Below are positions 46,119 to 55,532 of a DNA stretch of 64,000 nt, piece after piece. Position 1 is the first letter of the stretch. Every line of letters begins with the position of its first letter. A model generated the notes under the pieces. The model had not been told where the DNA came from and did no database searches. It saw nothing but the letters and a program-made list of their open reading frames with translations. A program made the translations under genes and the position numbers. Where the stretch lies: positions 29,433 to 93,432 of the forward strand of contig JBCCQH010000005.1 of the NCBI GenBank assembly GCA_039024435.1, read 5' to 3'. Source of the DNA: Bacteroidota bacterium (GTDB lineage: Bacteria; Bacteroidota; Bacteroidia; J057; JADKCL01).

Positions 46119-47144
46119 ATGTTGACCCGCTACTTTTTTCCTGGAATTGGGCTGCTGCTGTTACTGGCATCGGGTTGCCGCAGTTTCAAATGCCCCCCAA
46201 TTCCTTTTGCAGCCGCCCCGGTGCCCGCGCCCCCCGACTACGCGCAGTTGGAACATTGGGCCGCCCACCCCGCCAAAGCGGACCGTGCCGATTCCGTTCC
46301 CGGAACCGACTTTCACAATCGGCAAGCTGGCGCCGCGGTGGATGTATTTTTCGTCCATCCCACCACTTTTTTCAGCAAAAAGGCCTGGAACGCCGATCTA
46401 AAGGACGAAAAGCTGAACCGGCAAACCGAAAACTCCGCCATACGCCACCAAGCCAGCATCTTCAACGGGATCGGCCGGATATACGCCCCCCGCTACCGGC
46501 AAATGACTTACGGAGGATTCCTCGCTACAGAAAATCCGGGCGCTGCCGATACCGCCTACGTACTGGCCTACCGCGACGTCCGAGCCGCTTTTCGCCATTA
46601 CCTGAAGTACGAAAACCAAGGCCGTCCCTTTCTAATTGCTGGCCACAGCCAGGGGAGCGCCCACGCGATCCGCCTCATCCGCGAGGAAATTGAGCCGACG
46701 GCAACGCGCCAACAACTGATCACCGCCTACCTCGTGGGCTGGCCAGTACGGCAAGACACCTTTGCCACCCTCCCGCCCTGCTCCACCCCGGAAGCGACCG
46801 GTTGCTTTAGCTCATGGTGTACCATCAAATGGGGCCACGCACCGGATGATCCCCACTTCTTCCGCAATGCCGTCTGCGTCAATCCGGTCACCTGGCGGAC
46901 CGATACCGTTCCCTCCCCCACCGAGGCGCACCGCGGGGTGATCGCCGCCAACTACAAGCAGCCTTACCCCCAACGCTTGCGTGCCCAAGTCCGGGACAGC
47001 TACCTCTGGTCGACCAAGCCCAAAGTTCCCGGCAGTTGGTTGATCTGGGGGCACAATTTTCACATCGCCGACTACAACATGTTCTGGGTCGATGTGCGGG
47101 AAAATGTGGCCCTGCGGGTGGCGCGGTTCCTCGAAACGCAGTGA
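46119..47144 (+). CDS. DUF3089-type alpha/beta hydrolase (lipase-like)
   Basis: Lipoprotein-like N-terminus ('LLLLASGC'), 'VDVFFVHPT', 'APRYRQ', nucleophile elbow 'AGHSQGS'. Confidence 0.8.
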   Translation: MLTRYFFPGIGLLLLLASGCRSFKCPPIPFAAAPVPAPPDYAQLEHWAAHPAKADRADSVPGTDFHNRQAGAAVDVFFVHPTTFFSKKAWNADLKDEKLNRQTENSAIRHQASIFNGIGRIYAPRYRQMTYGGFLATENPGAADTAYVLAYRDVRAAFRHYLKYENQGRPFLIAGHSQGSAHAIRLIREEIEPTATRQQLITAYLVGWPVRQDTFATLPPCSTPEATGCFSSWCTIKWGHAPDDPHFFRNAVCVNPVTWRTDTVPSPTEAHRGVIAANYKQPYPQRLRAQVRDSYLWSTKPKVPGSWLIWGHNFHIADYNMFWVDVRENVALRVARFLETQ

Positions 47145-47170
47145 ACCCGGCATTTTTCCTATCTTACACC

Positions 47171-47503
47171 ATGACCGAGGAAAAAATGCGGGAACTCAAA
47201 GTCCGCATCGAAAAGATCATCCAGCGCACCGAGCGCGACATTGCCGATTTACGGGACCTGACCCAGCCCATCGAGTTGAGCAATGCCGTGGGGCGCCTTT
47301 CCCGCATGGACGCCATCAACAACAAAAGCGTCAATGAAGCTGCTCTGCGCGAAGCGCAAGCCAAACTGGCCCGGATGCAGGACAATTTGGCCCGCTTGGG
47401 CAGCCCCGATTTCGGTCGGTGCGTGCGTTGCAAAAACGAGATTCAATACGAACGGCTCTATTTCCTGCCCGACAGTGTAAAATGCATGAAATGCGCCCGG
47501 TGA
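47171..47503 (+). CDS. DksA/TraR-family C4 zinc-finger protein
   Basis: Start at 'MTEEKMREL'. Coiled-coil N-terminus and 'CVRCKNEI......P....C..C'. Confidence 0.85.
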   Translation: MTEEKMRELKVRIEKIIQRTERDIADLRDLTQPIELSNAVGRLSRMDAINNKSVNEAALREAQAKLARMQDNLARLGSPDFGRCVRCKNEIQYERLYFLPDSVKCMKCAR

Positions 47504-47558
47504 GCGGTGGTTGAAACTCAATCCGCAATTCTACTATGCCCTTCTTTCCGCTTCCAAC

Positions 47559-48662
47559 ATGAAAATTGCGCTCCTGGAACCATTTTTGGGCGGTTCCCAC
47601 CGCCAATGGGCCGAAGGCTGGCAACGCCACAGCCACCACGAGATTCGGATTTTTGGCTTGCCCGGTCGCCACTGGAAATGGCGCATGCACGGCGGTGCGG
47701 TCACCCTGGCCCGCCAACTGGCAGAGAGTGGTTTCCGGCCGGATCTGCTCCTCACTACCGATATGCTGGACCTCGCGGCCTTTCTGGGCCTGGCCCGCAG
47801 CTATCTGGCAAATATCCCAGTAGCGGTCTACTTTCACGAAAACCAATTGGCGTACCCCTGGTCCCCGGATGACCCTGATCCGCACCTCAAACGGGACAAC
47901 CATTATTCCTTCCTGAACTTTACGACGGCGCTGGCGGCAGACCGCGTCTTTTTCAATTCCCCCTACAACCGGGACAGCTTTCTCGGGGCGTTGCCGGCTT
48001 TCCTGGGCGCATTTCCCGATTACCGCGAGCAGGAACAGCTTGCGGGCTTGGCGGAAAAATGTGAGGTGCTGCCGCTGGGCCTGGACCTGCGGCGTTTCAA
48101 CGCGGTGAGGGGCCCGCAGATGCCCCCTGGCCCGCCCTTGCTGCTCTGGAACCACCGCTGGGAGTACGACAAAGGGCCGGAAGCTTTTTTTCGGACGGTG
48201 GGGGAACTGGCAGAGGAAGGATACGACTTTCGGCTGGCGGTGGTCGGGGAAAAATACCGCAGAGTACCGCCCGCTTTTGGCCGGGCAAAAGAACAATTGC
48301 GCAGACACCTCGTTCGTTGGGGCTACGTCGCGGATTTCGCCGAATACGCCGCCCTGTTGCAGCAAGCGGATATTTTACCGGTCACCTCACAACAAGATTT
48401 CTTCGGCGGCAGCGTGGTGGAAGCGATGTATTGCGGCGCCTTCCCGCTGCTTCCGGACCGCCTCGCCTACCCCATGCACGTGCCTACCGCCATGCGGAAA
48501 TCGGTGCTCTACGCCACCGAGGCGGAATTCAAACGAAAGTTGCGGAAATGTCTGGCCGAATCGGGGCCGGAACTGCCAGTCCGGGAATGGGTCGCGGGCT
48601 ACGACTGGTCGGTGATGGCCCCGCAATACGATGGGCGGATGGACAAGCTGGCGGCGAAGTGA
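47559..48662 (+). CDS. DUF3524 plus GT1 glycosyltransferase (tRNA-queuosine mannosyltransferase-like)
   Basis: Start at 'MKIALLEPFLGGSHRQW'. 'GLPGRHWKWRMHG' matches the DUF3524/GTDC1 N-terminal pattern. The C-terminal GT1 'E.....G..P' region is present. Confidence 0.8.
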   Translation: MKIALLEPFLGGSHRQWAEGWQRHSHHEIRIFGLPGRHWKWRMHGGAVTLARQLAESGFRPDLLLTTDMLDLAAFLGLARSYLANIPVAVYFHENQLAYPWSPDDPDPHLKRDNHYSFLNFTTALAADRVFFNSPYNRDSFLGALPAFLGAFPDYREQEQLAGLAEKCEVLPLGLDLRRFNAVRGPQMPPGPPLLLWNHRWEYDKGPEAFFRTVGELAEEGYDFRLAVVGEKYRRVPPAFGRAKEQLRRHLVRWGYVADFAEYAALLQQADILPVTSQQDFFGGSVVEAMYCGAFPLLPDRLAYPMHVPTAMRKSVLYATEAEFKRKLRKCLAESGPELPVREWVAGYDWSVMAPQYDGRMDKLAAK

Positions 48663-49739
48663 TCATTTCCCGAGAAACTCCGCGTCACTGAATGTCCCAA
48701 GAAAAGCGACCAGATCTGCTTTCTCGGAGTCGGTGATGGAAATTCCCTCGGCGGGAATCAAGGGGCTCAAATTGGGATGGGGGACGATGCCCGTGCGGTA
48801 GTGCTCTACGACATCGTCCAGCGTTGCGAGCTCGCCATCGGACATGTAGGGAAAGGTTTCCGCAATGTTGCGCAAGGTAGGCACTTTGAACCGGCCGCGG
48901 TCGCCTTCGAACTGTGTCACCCGCATCCGCCCCGAGTCGGCCCCGGCGACGTAGCGCCCGTTGTTTGCAAATTCCTCATTGCTGAGGTTGAATCCCCCGT
49001 GGCAACCGCCACAATTGGTGCGTTCACTGAAAAACAGTTCCATGCCCCGCAATTCCTGGGCGGTCAGCACGGACTCACCGTAATTCGTGTAGCGGTCGTA
49101 ACGGGAATTTCCGCTGATCAGCGTACGTTCGTAGGCGGAAATCGCACGGGTGAGGACAAATGCGTCCGGTTCCCTGCCGTACGCCGCCCGGGATAGCTGC
49201 ACGTATTGGGGGTTTTCCTTCATCCGCTCAACCGCTCCCTGAATGGTAAAATCCATTTCCAAGTGGTCGGTGATTGGGGCAAGCACTTGCAGTTCCAAGG
49301 TCCGTACCCCGCCGTCCCGAAAGAAGGATTCCCGCCAGGCAAGGTTGACCAGGGGCGAGGAATTGCGCAAACTTTTGCGCCCATCGACTCCAATCGAGAG
49401 CGGCACCGGATCGGAAAATCCGTACTCCTGGAAGTGGCAGGAACCGCAAGAAATCGTGCGGTCCCGACTCATCGCCGGATCAAAAAACAGCAATTTTCCG
49501 AGTTCCACCCGGGACTGGGTGAGTTCATTGCCCGGGATTACCGGCATTTCCGGAAATCCGGCGGGAAGGTCCACGCGGTAGACATCACTCGCGGGTAGGA
49601 AGGGCTGGGCCGGCTCACATCCCCAGAACAACAGGGCGAGCAGCAGCGGCAAAAAAAGAACCGGCCGAACACGCTTGCCCGGCTTCGGCCAAAATCGGCC
49701 AGCTCCAAGGCAAGGTACGCTCGACCGGTTCCCACTCAT
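48663..49739 (-). CDS. Di-haem cytochrome c peroxidase (MbnH-like), second copy
   Basis: 'CGSCHFQE' and 'CGGCHGG', 'FKVPTLRNIAETFPYMSDG'. Confidence 0.88.
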   Translation of the reverse strand: MSGNRSSVPCLGAGRFWPKPGKRVRPVLFLPLLLALLFWGCEPAQPFLPASDVYRVDLPAGFPEMPVIPGNELTQSRVELGKLLFFDPAMSRDRTISCGSCHFQEYGFSDPVPLSIGVDGRKSLRNSSPLVNLAWRESFFRDGGVRTLELQVLAPITDHLEMDFTIQGAVERMKENPQYVQLSRAAYGREPDAFVLTRAISAYERTLISGNSRYDRYTNYGESVLTAQELRGMELFFSERTNCGGCHGGFNLSNEEFANNGRYVAGADSGRMRVTQFEGDRGRFKVPTLRNIAETFPYMSDGELATLDDVVEHYRTGIVPHPNLSPLIPAEGISITDSEKADLVAFLGTFSDAEFLGK

Positions 49740-49757
49740 CTTTCTGCGCGAGTATAC

Positions 49758-50507
49758 TTATTCATTTGCCATGTCCGCCCAGTTCGCGATCACACGATTG
49801 GCCAGCGGCATATTGTCCATCGTGTGGGTAGCATTGTCCACGCTGACATCGATGTAATCATTGATTCCGTTCAGAAAACGGTCGTAATCCAGGGCAATGT
49901 TGATCGTGACCGTCTCGTCCTCAACCACGGTAATCGTCTGGGTTTCGCTGACGGGAGTGTAATATTGGTCACCCCCCACGTGGAAGAAGTAGGTTTGGTT
50001 TGATGATCCTCCGGTTCCCGAGGCATCGGTTTCCCCTTCGTACTTGAGGAAGATGTACTTGGTGGCCCAGGTCCAATACATGCTCACATCCGCCTGGGGG
50101 TGCTCTGCCTCAAAGGTGGCCGGGTCCATGCCATTGCGATCAGCATCCAGGCCCAGACCGTAACTGATCCCGGTGTATTCGCCGACTTTAATTTGGGCGG
50201 AAACCGTCCGGGTATCCGTGCTTCCTTCATCGATCAAAGCGACATCGGCAAGCAACTCGGTCGTGTTGTCCGCTTTCGTCAGGAAAAGATTGCTGAGGTA
50301 ATACCGCAAAAAAGTCAGGCGATAAGCCCGTCCGTCGCGGCCGGCGTAGGTCTGGCCAAGGGAAAAATCGTTTCCGTTGAAGGTCGGAACGATGCGCAAT
50401 TGGACCGTTCCGGTAGCATCGGGGTCATCTCTATCTTTGCAACCCGCAATGAAGGTCGCACTGAGCATCAACAATACGGCAAGGAATAGTGATGTTCTGT
50501 TTTTCAT
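49758..50507 (-). CDS. MbnP-family lipoprotein
   Basis: Lipobox 'TFIAGC'. 'LRYYLSNLFL', 'YGLGLD', 'MYWTWATKYIFLKYEG', 'FHVGG'. Confidence 0.7.
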   Translation of the reverse strand: MKNRTSLFLAVLLMLSATFIAGCKDRDDPDATGTVQLRIVPTFNGNDFSLGQTYAGRDGRAYRLTFLRYYLSNLFLTKADNTTELLADVALIDEGSTDTRTVSAQIKVGEYTGISYGLGLDADRNGMDPATFEAEHPQADVSMYWTWATKYIFLKYEGETDASGTGGSSNQTYFFHVGGDQYYTPVSETQTITVVEDETVTINIALDYDRFLNGINDYIDVSVDNATHTMDNMPLANRVIANWADMANE

Positions 50508-50601
50508 AATGGCTTCTCAATTCAAGCGGGCAAGTACCCGATGTAAATGGATACGGCAAAAACGGAGCAGTCCCTTAGAGAATTGCTCCGCTTCCCGTGA
50601 T

Positions 50602-51429
50602 TTATTCGGCAACTATCGCGGTGGGGACACGATTGATGATCGTGGCGGCCAGCGCGGAGTCATTCATCGTAACTGTGTTCAACTGCGTAGTGAGGTCGAC
50701 ATTCTCCAGGAAGTCCAGCCAATCCACATCCAGGTGAACGGTCGGCGTGGAGTTGAATTCAACGTTGAAGTGCTGCTCGATGTCCACGGTGCGGCGGTTG
50801 TAGCCCAGCCCCACGTGGTAAATAAATTCGGCGTTGGCGGTTGCGTTCATCGCCGCGGTGGTATCAACCAACCCTTCGAGGCGCAGGAACTTGTAACCCG
50901 TAGCCCAGGACCAGTGGTCAAAAGTAGGATTGGTCGAGGACAGCGGGTGTCCCGTCGGCCAGAGCGAGGGATCACCGGTGTTGGCGGCGTCGTCTACTCC
51001 GACGTCAAACATGATGCCATGGTAGTGGCCCGATGGAATCGCAAAATCAATCGCATATTCCATTGTGCTGGCATTCACTTGTACGTAGGTGTCGGTCAGC
51101 GGCAGCATGCCACCGCCGTCTTGGTGCAGGCGAATGTTCGAAATGTAAAAACGGGCGACGTTGAACTGGATTTTGCGACCATCAGCGTCGGTCAATTCAC
51201 TGCCCAGCGTCAAATTGGAAGAACCAGCTTTGGCGTGGAAATGCAGTTTTAAATTGCCCACCTGGGGGTATTCGCAGGTACCGTCATCCACCTCCGCGGT
51301 CGGACTGAAGTTCAGCGAATTGGGATCGGTACATCCTTCTTCTTTACCGCAACCGGTAGCAGAAAAAATCAAGGCAAAGGCACTAAGAAACAAGAAATAG
51401 CGTGCGAAGGAGTTGTATTTCGAAGACAT
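50602..51429 (-). CDS. MbnP-like lipoprotein paralogue
   Basis: Start at 'MSSKYNSFARYFLFLSAFALIFSATGC'. 'FYISNIRL', 'FDVGVDD', 'HWSWATGYKFLRLEG', 'YHVGLG'. Confidence 0.6.
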   Translation of the reverse strand: MSSKYNSFARYFLFLSAFALIFSATGCGKEEGCTDPNSLNFSPTAEVDDGTCEYPQVGNLKLHFHAKAGSSNLTLGSELTDADGRKIQFNVARFYISNIRLHQDGGGMLPLTDTYVQVNASTMEYAIDFAIPSGHYHGIMFDVGVDDAANTGDPSLWPTGHPLSSTNPTFDHWSWATGYKFLRLEGLVDTTAAMNATANAEFIYHVGLGYNRRTVDIEQHFNVEFNSTPTVHLDVDWLDFLENVDLTTQLNTVTMNDSALAATIINRVPTAIVAE

Positions 51430-51554
51430 TTTATATCTGTATGATGAATTAGTAAAGTGTGCAAACTGAGGAAGGGTACGCGCTCGGCTACCCGGATCGT
51501 CCGTTGCCAAATCTGGAGCGTTATCTCCGGTCAGCTTTACGGAAAAAGTATGAT

Positions 51555-51956
51555 TCAGGAAAATACCCGACGCGGGGGAGGCGCCGTGGGGGGATCATCC
51601 CAGATAGACTTGAGAAAGCTTCCGGGCGCAGTTATACGGTGCTCAAGTTGCGCAAATGCTTCCCAGGTATCCAGTTCCGGGGCCAGCAACAATATGTCAA
51701 TGCCGCTGCCCAACTCAACTGCGTCGGATGAGGCGGGAGATGGGGCCTTTTCCTGGAGACGGCTCATGAGGTAACAAGATCCGTTACATTTCATTTCCGG
51801 CCGTTCCACATTGCCGCAATAGTTGTTGACGATGAAGTCGCGGTTCAGCGCGTATTCTAAATACGGACCGATGGGTTCAAGTACAATGACTAGAAATCCC
51901 AGGATGATCGATATGGTGAAAATGGACTTCACGCGTTCAGCGTTTAATATACTCAA
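51555..51956 (-). CDS. Small membrane protein with a 'C....P...CNG.CYL' motif
   Basis: One N-terminal TM helix, then 'NNYCGNVERPEMKCNGSCYLMSRL'. Co-oriented with the MbnP genes. Confidence 0.6.
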   Translation of the reverse strand: MSILNAERVKSIFTISIILGFLVIVLEPIGPYLEYALNRDFIVNNYCGNVERPEMKCNGSCYLMSRLQEKAPSPASSDAVELGSGIDILLLAPELDTWEAFAQLEHRITAPGSFLKSIWDDPPTAPPPRRVFS

Positions 51957-52012
51957 ATAAGCGCAAAGGGGACAAACAGACTGTCACAAAGCTTACAGAG
52001 TCCAGCGCCAGG

Positions 52013-52669
52013 TCATTGCCAAGCCACCATTCGTCCGCGGGCGCGACCGCTCGCCTGACGCGCATTGCCATTCTCATCGTACAGGGTGCAACTGAAGGTG
52101 AGCGCGACGGTTTTGTAGGTAGGCACCGCGCGGGTTTGGTCTTCTTGATCGGTCACTTCGGTCACAACAAAACTGGCGTTGCTTTGGGTGCCGTTGTTGG
52201 TATTGAACTCGGTACCATTGGCGTCAAACCAGCTCACAAATCCACCCGCGACGGCGCTGTCGACCGTCGTCCGGGCCAGCAGTCCGATGCCTTTGTCGCC
52301 CGTAGTCGGTAAAACCGAGTATTCGGCGAAGGTATTGCGCACATCGGGCGTATTGATCAAGATGGCGACCGCACCGGATTGGGCGAGGTTTTCCGGAGTG
52401 GTATTCGCGATGGCCTCGGCGGAGGCGATGCAGGTAAAGGGCGCGTACTGGTACCCGGAAGGCACTGGACCGCCCCAGAAATCACCGACGATATTGCCGT
52501 AATCGTTGATGCCTTCCTGGTAAGTGGTTGTGTCCCCATCGATCACGATTTGGAAATAGTACGCGGAAGTGATCTCATTGGGAAAAGTGGGCGGATCATC
52601 TTTGCAGGATCCGAAGACCAGGAGGGCGGCAAGAGCAAGAAAAGGAAGTGTTTTTACGGTATTGAACAT
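52013..52669 (-). CDS. Hypothetical lipoprotein, first gene of the minus-strand MbnP operon
   Basis: Start at 'MFNTVKTLPFLALAALLVFGSC' (lipobox). Confidence 0.7.
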   Translation of the reverse strand: MFNTVKTLPFLALAALLVFGSCKDDPPTFPNEITSAYYFQIVIDGDTTTYQEGINDYGNIVGDFWGGPVPSGYQYAPFTCIASAEAIANTTPENLAQSGAVAILINTPDVRNTFAEYSVLPTTGDKGIGLLARTTVDSAVAGGFVSWFDANGTEFNTNNGTQSNASFVVTEVTDQEDQTRAVPTYKTVALTFSCTLYDENGNARQASGRARGRMVAWQ

Positions 52670-52837
52670 GTGGGTTATCAAACTTTTCGGTGCTCGAATA
52701 TACGAATTCTGCCCCGATTCGTGGGTGGCAAAATCGGGGGAGGCAAACGACAATCATATCAGCCTGGAAGATCGCCCCCACAATTCGTGGGACAATCGTT
52801 ATCGTTTGCCCATCCGGCAAAGGAAACCGAGAGGTAC

Positions 52838-52990
52838 AAAAGGTGGTTTAAAATTGGTTGGTGAAATTTGCCAGCGCAGATTTTTTTGTCCATCGGAGTT
52901 CATTTTGGCGTCCATAGCCAGAGCTACAGGCGAGAAAATAGCGGAAAAGATGCCACCGTAAAATCACGGGATTAAATTTGCACAGCCTTC
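52838..52990 (+). mobile_element. MITE-like dispersed element, copy 3 (more diverged, 11-bp internal deletion)
   Basis: Aligns with copies 1 and 2 over its length. It lies 170-320 bp upstream of the minus-strand lipoprotein/MbnP operon. Confidence 0.55.
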
Positions 52991-52998
52991 AAGGTGGC

Positions 52999-54789
52999 TC
53001 ATTTGGCGAATTGCCGCTCGGCAAATTGCAACAGGTAAAGTCGCTTGTAGATCCCGTCCTGCTCCAACAATTCCTGGTGATTGCCCCGCTCCATGATTTC
53101 GCCTTTGTCCATGACCAGGATTTGGTCGGCCTTTTGGATGGTGGAAAGGCGGTGGGCAATAATGATTGAGGTCCGGCCCGCCATGACCTTTTCGATGGCG
53201 TGCTGGATCAGTTCTTCCGACTCGGTGTCGATGCTCGAGGTCGCTTCATCCAAAATGAGAATGCTCGGATCGTAGACCAGCACGCGCGCAAAAGCGATCA
53301 ATTGGCGCTGTCCGGCGGAAAGGGTCGCGCCGCGTTCCTGCACATTGTAGTCGTAGCCGCCCGGCAACTGGGATATAAAGCGATCCGCTCCCACGTAGGC
53401 AGCGGCTTTCTGTACTTGCTCCCGGGGGATGTTTGGATTGTTCAGCGTGATGTTGTCGTAGATTGATCCGGAGAACAGGAAGACATCCTGCAAAACCAAG
53501 CCGATCAGGCTCCGCAGCTTCTCCAGCTTGAGCTCGGTGATGTCCACGTCATTGATGCAGATCCGGCCACGGTTGATCTCGTAGAGGCGGGAAAGTAGAT
53601 TGATGATGGTGGTCTTTCCCGCACCGGTCGAGCCGACCAGCGCGACTTTTTTGCCCGCTTTCACATCAAAACTGATGTCCTTCAGCACCCAGTCCTGCTC
53701 ATTGTAGGCAAACCACACCTTGCGAAAGGCGATATTCAACGGTCCGTCCTGGCCCTGAATTTCGGTCCGAGTGCCCGTATCTTCAATGCGGTCTTCAGTG
53801 TCGAGTACTTTGAAAATGCGCTCGGCGCTCACCATGCCCAACTGCAAGGTATTGAAGCGGTCGGCGAGCATCCGAATCGGGCGGAAAAACATGTTAATGT
53901 ACATCAGAAATGCCACCAGAGCACCGAAGGTAATCACCCCGTCCAGCACCCGCCCGACACCGTACCAGACCAACAATGCCGTGGCCAGAGCGGTAATGAT
54001 TTCGACGGTAGGAAAAAAGATGCTGTAGGCGAGGACGGACTTGAGGTTGGCGTCGCGGTGCTTCCCATTGATGTCGTCGAAGCGGTCGTATTCGACCTTT
54101 TCCCGGTTAAAAATCTGAATCACCAGCATCCCGGTGATGTGCTCCTGCAAAAACGAGTTCATCTCACTCACGTATTTGCGCACTCCCTGAAAAGCAGCTT
54201 TGATGGTGTTTTTAAAGACGATGGTCGCACCGAGCAGCAAAGGCAGCGTAATCAATATCACCAGGGTCAGTTTCCAACTCACGACCATCATGATCGTAAA
54301 AATCGTCACCAGGGTGAGCAATTCACCCATGATACTGACCAAGCCATTGCTGAATACGTCATTTAGCACCTCGACATCGGATATGGTCCGGGTTTGCAGC
54401 ATTCCGACGGGATTTTGGTCAAAATACTTCGCGCGCATCCGGGTGATGTGGCGATACACCTGGATGCGAATGTCGCGGATCACGCTTTGGCCCAGCCATC
54501 CAGTGAGCATCGTTTGCACGTACATGATCACGGAACGCAGCACCAGCACACCCAAAATCACCAGGATCCAAAAGCGCACCCCGCTCACGTCACCGCGTAC
54601 GGTGGGATTGTCCAGGACATACTGAAAAAGGTAAGGCACTACCGGCGCCAGCAATGCCCCCAGGATCGTAAACAACAAGGCCAAGGCGAATTGCAAACGG
54701 TACGCTCCCGTATACGAGAGGATGCGCCGGATCAACCGCCATTCAAATGCGCTGCCTTTAACGGTGGATTTTTGGGTTTCCTTGGCCAA
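52999..54789 (-). CDS. ABC exporter, fused permease and ATPase (MsbA-like)
   Basis: Six N-terminal TM segments, Walker A 'GSTGAGKTT', signature 'LSAGQRQ', Walker B 'ILILDEATS'. No ATG lies near the 5' end. I chose the TTG at 54789 ('LAKETQK'); the ORF is open to 54852. Confidence 0.9.
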   Translation of the reverse strand: MAKETQKSTVKGSAFEWRLIRRILSYTGAYRLQFALALLFTILGALLAPVVPYLFQYVLDNPTVRGDVSGVRFWILVILGVLVLRSVIMYVQTMLTGWLGQSVIRDIRIQVYRHITRMRAKYFDQNPVGMLQTRTISDVEVLNDVFSNGLVSIMGELLTLVTIFTIMMVVSWKLTLVILITLPLLLGATIVFKNTIKAAFQGVRKYVSEMNSFLQEHITGMLVIQIFNREKVEYDRFDDINGKHRDANLKSVLAYSIFFPTVEIITALATALLVWYGVGRVLDGVITFGALVAFLMYINMFFRPIRMLADRFNTLQLGMVSAERIFKVLDTEDRIEDTGTRTEIQGQDGPLNIAFRKVWFAYNEQDWVLKDISFDVKAGKKVALVGSTGAGKTTIINLLSRLYEINRGRICINDVDITELKLEKLRSLIGLVLQDVFLFSGSIYDNITLNNPNIPREQVQKAAAYVGADRFISQLPGGYDYNVQERGATLSAGQRQLIAFARVLVYDPSILILDEATSSIDTESEELIQHAIEKVMAGRTSIIIAHRLSTIQKADQILVMDKGEIMERGNHQELLEQDGIYKRLYLLQFAERQFAK

Positions 54790-55323
54790 TGTTAGAGAAT
54801 TGTAAAGGGTCGAAAATACGAAATCAAGTTGACAATCGACCGGACGGAGCAATGTTTTGCGGGTGGACCCGGCGACTGGTTTGAAAAATCACCGCTGGAT
54901 CAGGATATTTGGAGACGTGGGCGATGCACTTGCCATATACAACTTCTTGATGGACAACTCGATCCCCATTGCGGTGATACTGGCCTTGTTCGTATCGATT
55001 GGGTTTCGGGGAGCGGCGCTGCTGCGGTGGATTCGGAAAAGGCTCTTGGGCCGTCGAACCGATCCTCCCAAAAACGGCGACGGCCCCTAATGGGACCGTT
55101 TTTGCAAAGCTGTTTCTGAGCAGATGGGCTTGCGCCGGTGTGTTCATCGTCAATCAGGTAATTATCTATAGCGCATCTTTACGTATATCTTGTTTCGACG
55201 TCAACGTTTTTGTCAACGATTACAATATGCAGACTATTTTTCCGGGGCCCATGGAAAAAAATCTCTCTGGGTAACGGAAAAAATTTACAACTTACTGAAA
55301 TTCAATGCTTAAATGGGATGGAG

Positions 55324-55348
55324 AATTTCCAATCAATCAATTTCCAAT
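55324..55348 (+). promoter_or_regulatory. Two AATTTCCAAT direct repeats in a divergent promoter region
   Basis: AATTTCCAAT at 55324-55333 and 55339-55348, about 185 bp upstream of the 55533 gene. Confidence 0.25.
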
Positions 55349-55532
55349 TAATCGATTGCCACTCCCTCGCAGTTCATTGGCGATTGAAAAATCTCCCCCG
55401 GGAAATTAAGTGAAGCGTCCCTTGAAAATTGAACAACGTGCTCGACAACTGTGCAATTGTGTGGAGACAATTGCATTTCACATTCGCTGCGCTTGTCTTA
55501 TTTTTGCCGCAGAAGAATGAAACACCGGTAGT

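Noticed and set aside
54857-55090. A 77-aa ORF with one hydrophobic stretch in the divergent intergenic region upstream of the ABC exporter
   Set aside because: It is overlapped by equally long ORFs in other frames and on the other strand, and has no motif or translation-signal support. I cannot support it from sequence alone.
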